From assembly GCA_000091205.1 (NCBI GenBank), contig AP006500.2: DNA of 64,000 bases; one strand, given 5' to 3'. The notes beneath the pieces were generated by a model. The model saw only the letters and a list, made by a program, of their open reading frames with translations, ran no database searches and was not told where the DNA came from. Made by a program: the position numbers and the translations under genes. Shown one piece after another: positions 62,997 through 64,000 of this stretch. Within the stretch, counting starts at the first letter, position 1, and every line of letters begins with the position of its first letter. This DNA is from Cyanidioschyzon merolae. Its lineage: Eukaryota.

Positions 62997-64000
62997 CCAT
63001 CCGGTATTATGGAAACCCGGATGAGTGCTTGACGGGTCTGCAGCTGCACGTGGTACACGGTTCCGCGTATATCTCTTCTTCTTATGCTGCTGGTGCTGCC
63101 GCTGCTAATGCTCTGGGGTGCGAATAACGTCTACCGTTCCGTCGCGAAAACGGCACGGCACTTTGGCTGCTGCAACGTGTCCCGGGACTGTCAGTCGCAT
63201 AAATCAAATCCACTAGATGCTGTGACGACTGAGCTGGAGAGCGCGTCGATCCACATCCTGAACCGGGAGGTTTCCGCGGAGCCCTTGGCTCCTGATAACC
63301 GCTCCGGTACCGCGCATGAAGGACACTGGCAGCAGCAGCAGCGGCAGCAGCAGCAGCGATCCCACCAAACCCGGCTCGCACGTGGATATCGATGCTGGTG
63401 CGGTGCGTTTCCATTGGCCAAACTGGTGGAGCTGAGCTGTTGGTAGCCGCCGTATCGCCCAGCAGAGCGGGTATGCGGCAGACCTTGTCGCTCGTATCGA
63501 GTCGGGCGCTGCGAGCCGGACAGGCACCGGAAGCGCCGAACGCAGCGTAGCGACCCCCGCGATGCACCTCGTACGTGTCCGCAGGCGATATCCCCGAGAC
63601 CCGTCCAAGGGTTTTCTACTTCAGCGCGTGGTGGCGGTGGCGTCCATCAACCCGTGATAACCTGGTGTTCGCTCCTGCGTCTCTCCGCAGAGTCGCGAAT
63701 TTGCCCTACGGAATCGATGCACGATGGGGTGCTGGCGCTGAGCACCCCTCTGTCATGTTCGTTTCGAATCATATATACCATATATATCCATTTATATTCC
63801 ATCTCTGGATGACGCCCGCCTCAGGATCGCCTCATGACCCGCGCGACTCGAAACGTCGCCCTCGTCTCCGGTAGGCACACACGGGTGGTGTGGAGCTCGC
63901 TGTCACCACAGCGAACGCGTGCTGACCGATCAGCTCAGCTGTGGCCAGGACGACGCGTGGGCTGCTCCCAGACTTTATGTCCTTTTCCGAATGCACTGGG

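Noticed and set aside
1-64000. A prokaryotic or organellar interpretation of the window, prompted by L7/L12, TGD3/MlaF, MscS, NuoE and GatC homologues
   Set aside because: These all carry N-terminal extensions. They are interleaved with unambiguously eukaryotic nuclear genes (nucleoporin, KDEL receptor, WNK and AGC kinases, TALE homeobox, ePHD, Rpb11-like). The bacterial-type genes are nuclear genes for organelle proteins.

Overview
This window reads as GC-rich, compact, apparently intron-poor eukaryotic nuclear DNA. GC richness was judged by eye and no composition was computed. I can support about 27 protein-coding genes, almost all as single uninterrupted ORFs with recognisable eukaryotic domains. 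They include a Nup50-like RanBD nucleoporin, an ePHD protein, a ZFPL1-like protein, a TALE homeodomain protein, a WNK kinase, a striatin-like WD40 protein, NDUFV2, a KDEL receptor, a SAC3/GANP-like protein, an AGC kinase, a C78 peptidase, an ASC-1 N-terminal-domain protein, GatC-like, RPAC2/Rpb11-like and SAL1/HAL2. A local cluster of probable organelle-targeted genes covers a plant-type [2Fe-2S] ferredoxin, cytochrome bc1 subunit 8, bacterial-type ribosomal protein L7/L12, a TGD3/MlaF-type ABC ATPase and an MscS-like channel. Plant-type ferredoxin and a TGD3 orthologue point to a plastid-bearing eukaryote, and NDUFV2 shows mitochondrial complex I is present. I cannot assign the organism more precisely from sequence alone. 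No rRNA, tRNA or CRISPR array could be supported. The most unusual structure is an unclassified dispersed repeat family of about 2 kb, present in four copies. Two near-identical full copies lie in inverted orientation about 15 kb apart and bracket a block of seven genes. Two truncated copies belong to a diverged subfamily but share a highly conserved core of about 800 bp. No transposase or reverse transcriptase is encoded by any copy. About 400 bp from one full copy there is a short ORF ending in a TnpB/Fanzor-like NRDFNAAIN motif, and about 200 bp upstream of that a perfect 16-bp-stem palindrome. Together these may be the remnant of an IS605/Fanzor-type element, but this is speculative. Several 5' intergenic regions carry tandem repeats (61 bp x4, about 92 bp x4, 90 bp x4, about 55 bp x2). 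Microsatellites are frequent and some are coding. All functional calls rest on by-eye motif recognition and no database search was run.
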